Origin: Candidatus Ozemobacter sibiricus
GTDB taxonomy: Bacteria; Muiribacteriota; Ozemobacteria; Ozemobacterales; Ozemobacteraceae
Direction: 5' to 3'
Assembly: GCA_003327425.1 (NCBI GenBank)
Contig: QOQW01000007.1
Location: 71,901 to 135,900 of the forward strand
Length of the DNA: 64,000 bases
Shown here one piece after another: positions 39,352 to 47,933 of this stretch (the stretch's first letter is position 1; each line of letters begins with the position of its first letter). Made by a program: the position numbers and the translations under genes. The notes beneath the pieces are model-generated. The model ran no database searches and was not told where the DNA came from. It saw nothing but the letters and a program-made list of their open reading frames with translations.

Positions 39352-41217
39352 TCACGCTGAGGGGTAGGATGGAGATGGTGACGGTAGGATATCCGAGCCC
39401 GCTTTCCAGTACAACCGAATCACGATGCCGACAGCCAGCAGAGCGAGGACCATGCCCACGGTACGGCGCGGAGAATGAACGCGGAAGAGGCGAAAGGTGC
39501 CGCCGCCTCCGGGGAGTTCGGCTCGGAGCTGTCCGCAGGGCCCGTACGGCGACAGGGAAATGCGCTGGCCCGTTTCCGCATGTTCGAGGGCCCACCCCTG
39601 ATCGTAGTGCGTCCAGCCGATCAGGATTCCTCCCGAGGCGGGAAGGTCTGCGTGAAATATGGCCTCGTGACGGCTGTTGTGCCGGAGTTCGAGGCGGGCT
39701 TCCCCGCTGGCCAGCACCTGGAGCTGATGATAAGGTCCTGCTCGGGCCGAGATCGGTCTGGGCAGACGACAATCGGCCAGGTGACAGGTGGCCGGCACGT
39801 ATTCGCAGGGATAATGGAAATCGCCAACCAGAAAGCGTTCCATCAAGTCCGTCGACAAGGGAATCGCCGTGCCTTGGACCCACAGAGCCGTAAACACCCA
39901 CATGGCGAAGCTGCTCCAGCCCGTCAAGGTGATGAGCCGGTTCAGCTGGCCTGAGCCGGCACCTGTCGCCGGCACCCACCACCCAGTCATCGCCGGGATC
40001 AGCAGAATGGTGCCCGGCCACACCCATCGCCATGGATATTGCAACGAGGCCCAACCTGGCATCCAGTGCCAGAGAGGCAGACTGATTCGGGAACTCAGCC
40101 CCAGGCCAACCATCCCGCAGATCATGGCCAGCAGGACCGGATGATCGCAGCCGAGCCGGCCGCTGGCCAAGGCGAGCAACGCCAGGCCCACGGCCAGGGC
40201 GACCGCCACGCGCATGGCCAGCCGGAAATTGGGTCGCTCGAGTCCCAGAAAAGAGGGAGGAGGCGTGTCGAGCTGTGGCGGCAGTGCGGCTGGCCCAAGA
40301 GGGTCATCCAGGAAGCTCTGGTGCGCCCAGGGTTGCTGCTTCTCGAGATGCGAGGAGAAATGCAATGAATCCAGCTCAGGGAGGGCCTCCAGAAGATAGG
40401 GGGCGGTCAACGCGGCCGCCAGCAGCGGCATCAGGAGCACGTTCCGCCAGGCAAGCCGCCCTGTCTTTCCCCAGAGCCAGGCCAGGAGCACCCACCCGGC
40501 CGCGAGGTAGCCCATCATCAGGGCGGCGGGCAGGTGCGTCCAGGCGATCAGGCTGCCCACCAAAGCCCCCTGCGCCAGAGCGGCCTGGTCACCTTCACGG
40601 CCCAGGCGGGTCAACGCCTCGAGCACCCAGGGAAAGAGCGCCATGGCACAGATGTTCTGGAACAGGAACACCCGGAACAAATGAATACTGACCACGGGAT
40701 TGGCCAGGAACAGCACCACCGCCAGCGGGGCGCGGTCTGCCAGCCCCAGGCAGGCCATCCATCGCACCAATCCCCATGTACCTGCGAGAAGGAAGACGAT
40801 CACCGTGGCCCGCAAGGCCGTGGCCGCCGACCAGCCGAGATACTGGAACCCGCTGGCCACGAGGTAGGCGCCTGGCGCATAGAAGCGGAAAGCGGCGGTT
40901 CCTCTTCCCTCGTAGATGGCGGCATCCCAATCGGGCCGGGTTCCCTCTTCCGCCAGAGTCAGGGCGAATTCTTGACTGAAGTACAGGTGGAAAGGAACAT
41001 CCCACGCGTCGGCCAGGGGACTCAGCCACAGGAACCATCCCTGTCCCAGGATCAGGCCAGCCAGGGTCCACATCGCCAGCGGGAAGAACCCAGAAAGGGC
41101 CCATTGTCCAGGCCTCTCGGCGAGTGAGCCGGCGTCTGGAGAGGCCTGTTGCGGGAGCCCGCCGAACAGGGTGGGGGGGGAAGGAGACATTGAGCCGGGA
41201 TTCCTTGGCAAGAGCAA
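39352..41217 (-). CDS. Large polytopic membrane protein, possible GT-C-type glycosyltransferase (pilin-modification candidate)
   Basis: 621 aa, >10 predicted TM helices with an extracytoplasmic-loop acidic motif (…RPDWDAAIYEGRG…); lies between pilA and pilD like TfpW/TfpO-type pilin glycosyltransferases. Confidence 0.5.
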   Translation of the reverse strand: MLLPRNPGSMSPSPPTLFGGLPQQASPDAGSLAERPGQWALSGFFPLAMWTLAGLILGQGWFLWLSPLADAWDVPFHLYFSQEFALTLAEEGTRPDWDAAIYEGRGTAAFRFYAPGAYLVASGFQYLGWSAATALRATVIVFLLAGTWGLVRWMACLGLADRAPLAVVLFLANPVVSIHLFRVFLFQNICAMALFPWVLEALTRLGREGDQAALAQGALVGSLIAWTHLPAALMMGYLAAGWVLLAWLWGKTGRLAWRNVLLMPLLAAALTAPYLLEALPELDSLHFSSHLEKQQPWAHQSFLDDPLGPAALPPQLDTPPPSFLGLERPNFRLAMRVAVALAVGLALLALASGRLGCDHPVLLAMICGMVGLGLSSRISLPLWHWMPGWASLQYPWRWVWPGTILLIPAMTGWWVPATGAGSGQLNRLITLTGWSSFAMWVFTALWVQGTAIPLSTDLMERFLVGDFHYPCEYVPATCHLADCRLPRPISARAGPYHQLQVLASGEARLELRHNSRHEAIFHADLPASGGILIGWTHYDQGWALEHAETGQRISLSPYGPCGQLRAELPGGGGTFRLFRVHSPRRTVGMVLALLAVGIVIRLYWKAGSDILPSPSPSYPSA

Positions 41218-41274
41218 CCAGGGGAGAAAATGAAAAAGGGGCGGAAAACCGCCCCTCAGACCAGCGATCGATGG

Positions 41275-41613
41275 TTATTCCACGCCACCGTGCCAAGCAC
41301 AGGTAACGCGGCCCGAACCGGTCAGGTCGCCGTCAGCGGCGTACGTGCAGCCGGTCTCGGGGTAGGAGATCTCGCTCTTGAGATACTGGCCCGACTTCAG
41401 GGTGGACAGGTCAACGGTGGACATCATCGAGGAGTGATCCATGTTGTACATCTCGATGGCACCCAGGATGACGCGCATGTTGGCGTAGCAGGCCTTCTCA
41501 CGAGCTTGCTCACGGGCTTTCCGGAAGTTGGGGATGGCGATGGCAGCCAGAATACCGATAATGGCGATAACGATCATCAGTTCGATCAGGGTGAACCCAC
41601 GGCGCTTGTTCAT
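41275..41613 (-). CDS. pilA: Type IV major pilin PilA (short pilin, 6-aa leader)
   Basis: MNKRRG|[22 protein letters not shown] with Phe1/Glu5; C-terminal Cys pair ([20 protein letters not shown]) forming the D-region loop; strong RBS AAGGAAAGGAGGTG. Confidence 0.8.
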   Translation of the reverse strand: MNKRRGFTLIELMIVIAIIGILAAIAIPNFRKAREQAREKACYANMRVILGAIEMYNMDHSSMMSTVDLSTLKSGQYLKSEISYPETGCTYAADGDLTGSGRVTCAWHGGVE

Positions 41614-41649
41614 TCGTTTTCACCTCCTTTCCTTTCAAGCTCCATTTTC

Positions 41650-41678
41650 ATCGTAAGAAAAAACCGACCACGTGTCAA
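41650..41678 (-). promoter_or_regulatory. Near-consensus sigma70-type promoter of pilA (TTGACA-17-TACGAT)
   Basis: Minus-strand reading TTGACAcgtggtcggttttttctTACGAT located 37-65 nt upstream of the pilA ATG; no sigma54 GG-N10-GC element seen. Confidence 0.55.
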
Positions 41679-41719
41679 GAATGTCCGGTACATTCTTCGG
41701 GTGACAAGGATTCGGCTGG

Positions 41720-42781
41720 TCAGCCCCCCTTCAACATGCGTTCCAGCTCCTTCGGATGGAGGGTATGCATGATCGCTTCTTCGAGGGTGATGTCGCCGCG
41801 CAGATACAGGTCTTTGAGGGATTGCTCGAAGGTCATCATGCCCTCGTTCTGGCTGGTCTGCATGATGGTATAGAGGCCGGAGATCTTCTGTTCGCGAATG
41901 CAGTTGGCGACGGCAGGGTTGCCGATCAGGATTTCCGTGGCCACCACGCGCCCCTTGCCGCTGGCCATGGGGAGCAGTTGCTGGGCGACGACCGCCCGCA
42001 GGACGAACGAGAGCTGTGAGCGGATCTGCGGCTGCTGGTGGGGCGGGAAGATATCGATGATGCGGTTGATGGTCTGGGCGGCATCGGTGGTATGCAGGGT
42101 GCCGAAGACCAGGTGGCCGGTTTCCGCCATGGTCAAGGCCGCGCTGACCGTTTCGAAGTCGCGCATCTCGCCCACCAGGATGACATCGGGGTCCTGGCGC
42201 AGGATGTGCCGCAGCGCTTCGGCGAACGAGGTGGTGTCGATGTGGAGTTCTCGTTGGTTGACGATCGATTTCTTATGGTAATGCAGATATTCGATCGGGT
42301 CTTCGACGGTGATGATGTGGCAGCGTTGTTCCTCGTTGATGATGTTGATCAATGAGGCCAGGGAGGTCGACTTGCCTGACCCCGTGGGGCCGGTGAACAA
42401 AACCAAGCCCTTGTTCCATTTGGTGAAATCACGCAATTTTGGCGGAAGCCGAAGATCTTCCAGGGATGGGATCTTAGTCGGGATGACCCGGAAGGCGGCA
42501 CCGATGCAGCCACGTTGCTTGTACACATTGACGCGGAAGCGGCCGAAGCCATGGACCGAATAGGAGATGTCCAGTTCGAGGTTCTCCTCGAACTCCTTCT
42601 GTTGCTCGGCCGTCAGCATGTTGTAGACCAGCGATCGGGTATCCATGGGCGTGAGGACATCAAGGTCGGTAGGGATCAATTCCCCGTCGACCCGGATGAC
42701 CGGAGGGCTGCCCACGGTGATGTGCAGGTCCGAGGCCTCGTTCTCGATGACGATGTTCAGCAGGTCGTTGAGGACGAACAT
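41720..42781 (-). CDS. pilT: Twitching-motility ATPase PilT
   Basis: Collinear with PilT (N-terminus MFVLNDLL…ASDLHITVG), Walker A GPTGSGKST, Walker B ILVGEMRD, His box GHLVFGTLHT. Confidence 0.9.
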   Translation of the reverse strand: MFVLNDLLNIVIENEASDLHITVGSPPVIRVDGELIPTDLDVLTPMDTRSLVYNMLTAEQQKEFEENLELDISYSVHGFGRFRVNVYKQRGCIGAAFRVIPTKIPSLEDLRLPPKLRDFTKWNKGLVLFTGPTGSGKSTSLASLINIINEEQRCHIITVEDPIEYLHYHKKSIVNQRELHIDTTSFAEALRHILRQDPDVILVGEMRDFETVSAALTMAETGHLVFGTLHTTDAAQTINRIIDIFPPHQQPQIRSQLSFVLRAVVAQQLLPMASGKGRVVATEILIGNPAVANCIREQKISGLYTIMQTSQNEGMMTFEQSLKDLYLRGDITLEEAIMHTLHPKELERMLKGG

Positions 42782-42836
42782 TTCCCAGCTCCTTGCGGCG
42801 TGATCGCCGTGTTTCTGTCGCTCTTCGGGTACTGTA

Positions 42837-44579
42837 TCAATGCTCACCCATGGTGACGCGGACGACTTCTTCCAGGGAGGTGATGCCTGTCAGTGCCTTG
42901 CGGAGGGCCGATTCGCGCAGGGACAGCATCCCTTCTTCGATGGCCTGCCGGCGGATGTCATCGGTGGAGCCGCCGTTGAGGATGATTTCGCGCAGGCGTT
43001 CCGACATCACCATGACCTCGTACACCCCGATGCGGCCCTTGGTGCCCGAGTTGTTGCAGGTCTCGCAGCCTTTGCCCTTGTAGAAGAGCATGTTCTTCTC
43101 GTTGATGTGCGGCAATTCGAGCCGGCGCAGCAGTTCGGGCGTGATGCCGAACTGGGCGATCTGCTCGGCGCGCGGTTTGATCTCGAATTTGCAGTCCTTG
43201 CAGATCTTGCGCACCAAGCGCTGCGCCTGCACCAGCAGGACCGACGTGGTGACCATGAACGGTTCGATCCCCATGTTGACGATACGGCCGATCGTGCCGG
43301 GGGCGTCGTTGGTGTGCAGAGTGGACAGCACCAGGTGACCGGTCATCGACGCCTTGATGGCGATTTCGGCGGTTTCGAAATCGCGGATCTCGCCGACCAT
43401 GATGATGTTCGGGTCCTGGCGGAGGAAGGCGCGCAGCGCCGCCGCGAAGGTCAGGCCGATTTCGGGCTTGCAATGGACCTGATTGATGCCCTGGAGCATG
43501 TATTCGACCGGATCTTCCGCCGTCATGCAGTTGACTTCGATGCGGTTGAGACTGGTCAAGGCCGAATACAGCGTGGTGGTCTTGCCTGATCCGGTGGGGC
43601 CGGTGACCAGGATGATCCCGTAGGGGGAGGAAATGCCGTTCTTGAAGCGTTTCAGGGTTTCCGGCTCGAATCCCAGATCTTCCAGGTTGACGCGGAGGGC
43701 GCTCTGGTCCAGGATGCGCATGACGATCTTCTCGCCCCAGATGACCGGCAGGACGCTGACACGCAGGTCGATCATACGGTTGGCGACCTTGATTTTGATG
43801 CGGCCGTCTTGCGGCAGGCGTTTCTCGGCGATGTTCAGGGACGACATGATCTTGATGCGGGAGGTGATGGCCGCCGTGGCCTTCTTGGGCGGGGTCATGG
43901 CGGTGAACAACATGCCGTCCTGGCGATAGCGAATGCGCAGTTCTTTCTCGAAAGGTTCGATGTGGATGTCGGACACCCCGTTCTGGACTGCCTGGGAAAT
44001 GACCAGGTTGCAGAGGCGGATGATCGGGGCGTCGTTTTCGCCCAGTTCGCCGAGCTGATCGAGGTCATCCGGTCCTGCTTCTTCCTTGCCGATGTCGTCG
44101 AGTTCGCCCATCAGTTTGTCTTGCTGGGCGACCGCGCCGTAGGCGTCTTGCAACGCTTTGTTGATGTCGGTCTGCGTGGCCACGACCGGTTTGACCATCA
44201 GTCCGGTCAGCAACTGGATGTCATCGATGGCGATGATGTTCAAGGGATCGACCATGGCCACCGTCAGCTTGTTGCCGACCTTATTGATCGGGATCAGCAT
44301 GTGCCGCTTGGCCAGATGCTCGGGGACCAGTTTGGCGATGACCGGGTCGATCAGGTAGTTGGACAGGTCGATGAAGGGGATCTTGAGCTGCTTGGACAGG
44401 ATCTGGACGATGTCGTGCTCGGTGACGAGGTGCATCTCGACGAGGACGGCACCCAGGCGTTTGCCGCTCTTCTTCTGCAGAGCGAGCGCCTGCTGCAGCT
44501 GCTCTTCATTGATGAGACCTTCGGCGATGAGGGCATCGCCCAGACGCATCTTTTTGGCAGCCTGTTGAATATCCGTCAT
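42837..44579 (-). CDS. pilB: Type IV pilus assembly ATPase PilB (GspE family)
   Basis: 580 aa, N-terminal GspII_E domain, Walker A GPTGSGKT, tetracysteine CKDC…CETC motif. Confidence 0.9.
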   Translation of the reverse strand: MTDIQQAAKKMRLGDALIAEGLINEEQLQQALALQKKSGKRLGAVLVEMHLVTEHDIVQILSKQLKIPFIDLSNYLIDPVIAKLVPEHLAKRHMLIPINKVGNKLTVAMVDPLNIIAIDDIQLLTGLMVKPVVATQTDINKALQDAYGAVAQQDKLMGELDDIGKEEAGPDDLDQLGELGENDAPIIRLCNLVISQAVQNGVSDIHIEPFEKELRIRYRQDGMLFTAMTPPKKATAAITSRIKIMSSLNIAEKRLPQDGRIKIKVANRMIDLRVSVLPVIWGEKIVMRILDQSALRVNLEDLGFEPETLKRFKNGISSPYGIILVTGPTGSGKTTTLYSALTSLNRIEVNCMTAEDPVEYMLQGINQVHCKPEIGLTFAAALRAFLRQDPNIIMVGEIRDFETAEIAIKASMTGHLVLSTLHTNDAPGTIGRIVNMGIEPFMVTTSVLLVQAQRLVRKICKDCKFEIKPRAEQIAQFGITPELLRRLELPHINEKNMLFYKGKGCETCNNSGTKGRIGVYEVMVMSERLREIILNGGSTDDIRRQAIEEGMLSLRESALRKALTGITSLEEVVRVTMGEH

Positions 44580-44618
44580 CGTGCGATCCTTTCTTGCATG
44601 AGGAAGTTTCTCACCTTT

Positions 44619-45551
44619 CTATTGTCGACGCCGAGGCGATGGGGCCGAAGCACCCTGGGACCGCGGGGACGCCTCTGAATCTGTGGCCTGAACTCCCAGG
44701 TGGCGTCGGAGGGCGCGGCGCATGACGGACAGGGGAGCTGGCATTCCGGTCAACAAGGTGAAGGCTGCGGCTCCCTGGCGGACCAGCAGAGCGAGCCCGT
44801 CGATCACGCGAGCGCCGTTGGCACGGGCATCCAGAAGCAAGCGGGAAGAAGGATGGTAATTGAGATCGAGGTAGGTGCTGCGAGGGCTCAAGGTCTGGCC
44901 CAGCCAGGGGAGCCGATCCTCCGCCCGCCAGCCGAGGGAAGTGGCATTGATGATCAGGGTCGAATCGACCATGGCGTCCTTCAGGGACTCGCTAGCCCAG
45001 GGCACCGGCTGCACTCGGGTGCGGTCGGAACCCCAGGGAGATACCAGACGGGACCCCGTCCGGTTCGACCAGTATACCACGGTTGCCCCGGCTTGGAAAA
45101 GACTCCACAAAACGGCCTTGGCTGCCCCGCCCGCTCCGAGCAGAACCACTTTGTCGGGCGGGCGGTCGAAGGTGGCCAGCAGATCGATCATCCCCAGGGC
45201 GTCGGTATTGTAGCCATGCATGGTCCCGTCGGCCGCGAACCGCACGGTGTTGACGGCGCCGATCTGATCGGCCGGGGCTTCGAGCGCGGTACACGCCGCC
45301 GCTGCCGCTTCCTTGTGCGGCAGCGTGACATTGACGCCCCGTACTCCCGATGCCTGCAAACCGGCCAGCGCGGTCGACAGCCGGCCGGCGGGCACGGGAA
45401 AAGGCACGTAGACAGCGTCCAGCCCCACCGCCCGCAGAGCGGCGTTCCAGAAAACCGGGCTCAGAGAATGGGAAACGGGGTCTCCCAGGACCCCGTAGAC
45501 ATGCGTGCGACCGGTGATGACAAATGAGCGAGCCGAGACGCGGACGGGCAT
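44619..45551 (-). CDS. aroE: Shikimate dehydrogenase
   Basis: YGVLGDPVSHSLSPVFWNAALRAVGL substrate-binding start and LLGAGGAAKAV Rossmann motif. Confidence 0.75.
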   Translation of the reverse strand: MPVRVSARSFVITGRTHVYGVLGDPVSHSLSPVFWNAALRAVGLDAVYVPFPVPAGRLSTALAGLQASGVRGVNVTLPHKEAAAAACTALEAPADQIGAVNTVRFAADGTMHGYNTDALGMIDLLATFDRPPDKVVLLGAGGAAKAVLWSLFQAGATVVYWSNRTGSRLVSPWGSDRTRVQPVPWASESLKDAMVDSTLIINATSLGWRAEDRLPWLGQTLSPRSTYLDLNYHPSSRLLLDARANGARVIDGLALLVRQGAAAFTLLTGMPAPLSVMRRALRRHLGVQATDSEASPRSQGASAPSPRRRQ

Positions 45552-45569
45552 GGCGAGCCCTGATCGGGC

Positions 45570-45920
45570 TCAGCCGCCCTTGAAGCTCGCGACGGCGGCC
45601 TCCAGGCTTTCGCAGATCTCGAACACCTTGGTCAGCCGGGTCAGCTCGAACAATTCGGCCACGGCGGGCGAGAGGTTGATCAGTTTCAGATCGCCCTTGG
45701 CTTTTTTGACTTTCTTGAGAGTGGCGGCGACCACTCCCAGTCCCATGCTGTTGAGGTAGTTCACTTCGTTGAAATCCATGATCAGCTTGGTCTGGCCGTC
45801 GTTGACGATCTGGTCGATCCGGTCCTTGAATTGGTTGACCGTCTCGGTCCCGATCTCCCCGCGCAGAACGATCAGGGTGATGCCTTCGGCGGCCTGTCGG
45901 ACTTCAATCTTCAGTTCCAT
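45570..45920 (-). CDS. STAS-domain anti-sigma-factor antagonist (SpoIIAA-like)
   Basis: 116 aa; conserved phosphorylatable Ser context FNEVNYLNSMGLGVV; GGAGG RBS. Confidence 0.8.
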   Translation of the reverse strand: MELKIEVRQAAEGITLIVLRGEIGTETVNQFKDRIDQIVNDGQTKLIMDFNEVNYLNSMGLGVVAATLKKVKKAKGDLKLINLSPAVAELFELTRLTKVFEICESLEAAVASFKGG

Positions 45921-45963
45921 CGGTTCCTCCCATGGGACGCTCGCGTGTCGCGAGGTTTCCCTA

Positions 45964-45992
45964 CTATTACCCTACCCTCTCGGGAATTGCAA
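45964..45992 (-). promoter_or_regulatory. Sigma70-like promoter upstream of STAS gene (TTGCAA-17-TAATAG)
   Basis: Minus-strand TTGCAAttcccgagagggtagggTAATAG about 45 nt upstream of the STAS ATG. Confidence 0.35.
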
Positions 45993-46045
45993 GGGGCCAC
46001 GTCCTGGCGTGCGGGGCGAGCATGGCGTCTACCCTCCAGACAGGC

Positions 46046-47032
46046 TCAGAACTGCTTGGAAGCGGAGATCCGGTGCGCTTCCCCGAGGGTTTCATCGACG
46101 TACGAGTAGTCGAATCGCCAGGTTTCCACCTTGAAGCTGGCGCCCAGGGTCAGGTCTCCAGCCTGGGAACCCAACCGCAGGGCTGCGAAATCTTTCATCC
46201 ACCACTCGGCGCCGAGTCGGAATTTGGCGTTCATGTCCTGGACCTTGTTGATGTCGGCCGCCAGCGTGAGCCGGTCGTTGGGTTTGTGGGAAAGGCCGAC
46301 GGTGGTGGTGACAGGGATGCGGTCCGAGTGCCCGGATGGGGTGTCCCAGGTCAGCTTTTCGCCCAAATCGCGCAGGGACAGGCCGGCCATGGTGCGATCG
46401 GAGACCTTGTACAGGAACCCCAGATCGAGACCCCAGGAATCGGCGGAGTTGGTGAACAGGTCCTGGCGCAGCGACTTGATGTTGAGGCCGCCGTACCATC
46501 GGTCGCTCAGTTGTTTGGCGTAGGTGCCGAAAGTCGACGTCTCGGTGTCGTCAAAGTAGCTGAAGATATAGACGTTGCGGCCAGGCGTGTAGGTGCCGCC
46601 GGGGTCGGTCGCGGGCAGGTTGTCCGCCGGATCGAACGGCACGCCGTCGGTGCGGCCGGTGGCCAGCCGGGTCTCGGGAATGCCGTCGATGCCGAACCGG
46701 ATATGCGATAGGGCGACGACGGCCTTCGTCTTTCCCTGCTTATCCTTCAACAGGTGGGCGTAGTTGAAGAAGTTGTACTTGCGGTCGAGGGTCAGGTTGG
46801 CATGCATGAAGGAGGCTTCATGCTTCTTCAGCAAGGCCAGGCCCGCGGGGTTCCAGAAGGCCGCCGTGGCGTCGTCGGCCACCGCCGTGAAGGCGCTGCC
46901 CATGCCCAGGGCGCGGGCGCCCACGCCCATCTTCAGGTAGGCGCCCGCTCGCCCGGCCGAGTCGGCTTGGATCGGGGTCGCCACCAGCCCGCACAGGATG
47001 ATGGGGAGCAGGAGTTTGAGTGTGGTCTTCAT
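46046..47032 (-). CDS. PorV/UPF0164-like outer-membrane beta-barrel protein
   Basis: Signal peptide MKTTLKLLLPIILCGLVATPIQA; N-terminal signature GVGARALGMGSAFTAVADDATAAFWNPAGLA; alternating amphipathic strands; C-terminal Phe. Confidence 0.55.
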   Translation of the reverse strand: MKTTLKLLLPIILCGLVATPIQADSAGRAGAYLKMGVGARALGMGSAFTAVADDATAAFWNPAGLALLKKHEASFMHANLTLDRKYNFFNYAHLLKDKQGKTKAVVALSHIRFGIDGIPETRLATGRTDGVPFDPADNLPATDPGGTYTPGRNVYIFSYFDDTETSTFGTYAKQLSDRWYGGLNIKSLRQDLFTNSADSWGLDLGFLYKVSDRTMAGLSLRDLGEKLTWDTPSGHSDRIPVTTTVGLSHKPNDRLTLAADINKVQDMNAKFRLGAEWWMKDFAALRLGSQAGDLTLGASFKVETWRFDYSYVDETLGEAHRISASKQF

Positions 47033-47188
47033 GGGTATCCCCCTTCGACGATCGATACGCTTGGTCATCTCCAGTTGTCGGCGGCCGTCGCCGCTTTGTT
47101 GAGTACTTTTCTTCATCTGCTTCGCAGGCTCCTTCACGGGTGATGCTCGGAGCGGACCTGATGGGCGTCCCGCGGAGTGGTCGGAGCC

Positions 47189-47887
47189 TCAAATCCCTGT
47201 CAGGCCCAGGTCTTTGAGGGTTTTGTAGATGTGCGCCACCGCGCTGTCGTTCGAGCCATCCTCGGTGCGTGCAATGTTGATCTGGGCGCGGGCTTTGTCG
47301 TGGTCGCCCGGATTGTTCCGCCAGAAGTAGCAGAAGGCCAGCATGGCATGCGCTTCGGCATTGCTGACCCCGATCGGATGGGTCGCCTGGAACTTGAACG
47401 CCGGGTTACCCAGGCCGACGGCTTCGAGATGCGAGATGGCCATGCTGAACCCTGACTGCTGGCCCCTCTGGATCAGGGCGGCCGCCAAACCGATGCGGGC
47501 TTCGTTGTTGGTGCTGGCGGCCTGCGTGAAGGCGCTGTAGCCGGCCTCGACCCCGGCCGATTTGGTCTGGGACCAGCCGATGCCGTTGTAGGCCTCCGTC
47601 CGATGGGTGTCGGTGATGTTGGGGATGCTCAGCACCTGGTTGAACTTGCTGATGGCGCTGCTGTAGGCCCCGAACTTGAAGTCTTCCCAGGCCGACAACA
47701 GCAGGGCATCGGGATCGGTCTCGCCGCCGCCACCCGTGCCGGTGCCCGTACCGCCGCCGCCCCCGCTCCCTCCGGGGATCTCCCCGGGGAGCGTGTAGCG
47801 GCCCGTGCCGCCTCCGCCCCCGCCGCAGCCGCTGGCGAGGAGGATGATCAGGCCGATGGTCAGCAGGATGGAGGTGGATCGGTTCAT
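47189..47887 (-). CDS. TPR-like lipoprotein with Gly-rich linker (paralog of 57908..58678)
   Basis: Lipobox LLASGC, then GGGGGTG…GGSGGGGGTGTGTGGGG linker, then helical TPR-like domain (…TEAYNGIGWSQTK…). Confidence 0.6.
   Translation of the reverse strand: MNRSTSILLTIGLIILLASGCGGGGGGTGRYTLPGEIPGGSGGGGGTGTGTGGGGETDPDALLLSAWEDFKFGAYSSAISKFNQVLSIPNITDTHRTEAYNGIGWSQTKSAGVEAGYSAFTQAASTNNEARIGLAAALIQRGQQSGFSMAISHLEAVGLGNPAFKFQATHPIGVSNAEAHAMLAFCYFWRNNPGDHDKARAQINIARTEDGSNDSAVAHIYKTLKDLGLTGI
47711..47830 (-). repeat. Coding low-complexity Gly/Gly-Thr tract in lipoprotein gene
   Basis: Encodes CGGGGGGTGRYTLPGEIPGGSGGGGGTGTGTGGGGE. Confidence 0.6.
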
Positions 47888-47933
47888 GGTTCGGCTCCGT
47901 TCTCTGGTGTTCCGAAGCGGGAAGGGTCTCGCC

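Noticed and set aside
41614-41719. Sigma54 (RpoN) promoter upstream of pilA
   Set aside because: Searched for TGGCAC-N5-TTGC-like GG/GC spacing and found none; a sigma70-type TTGACA-17-TACGAT is present instead.
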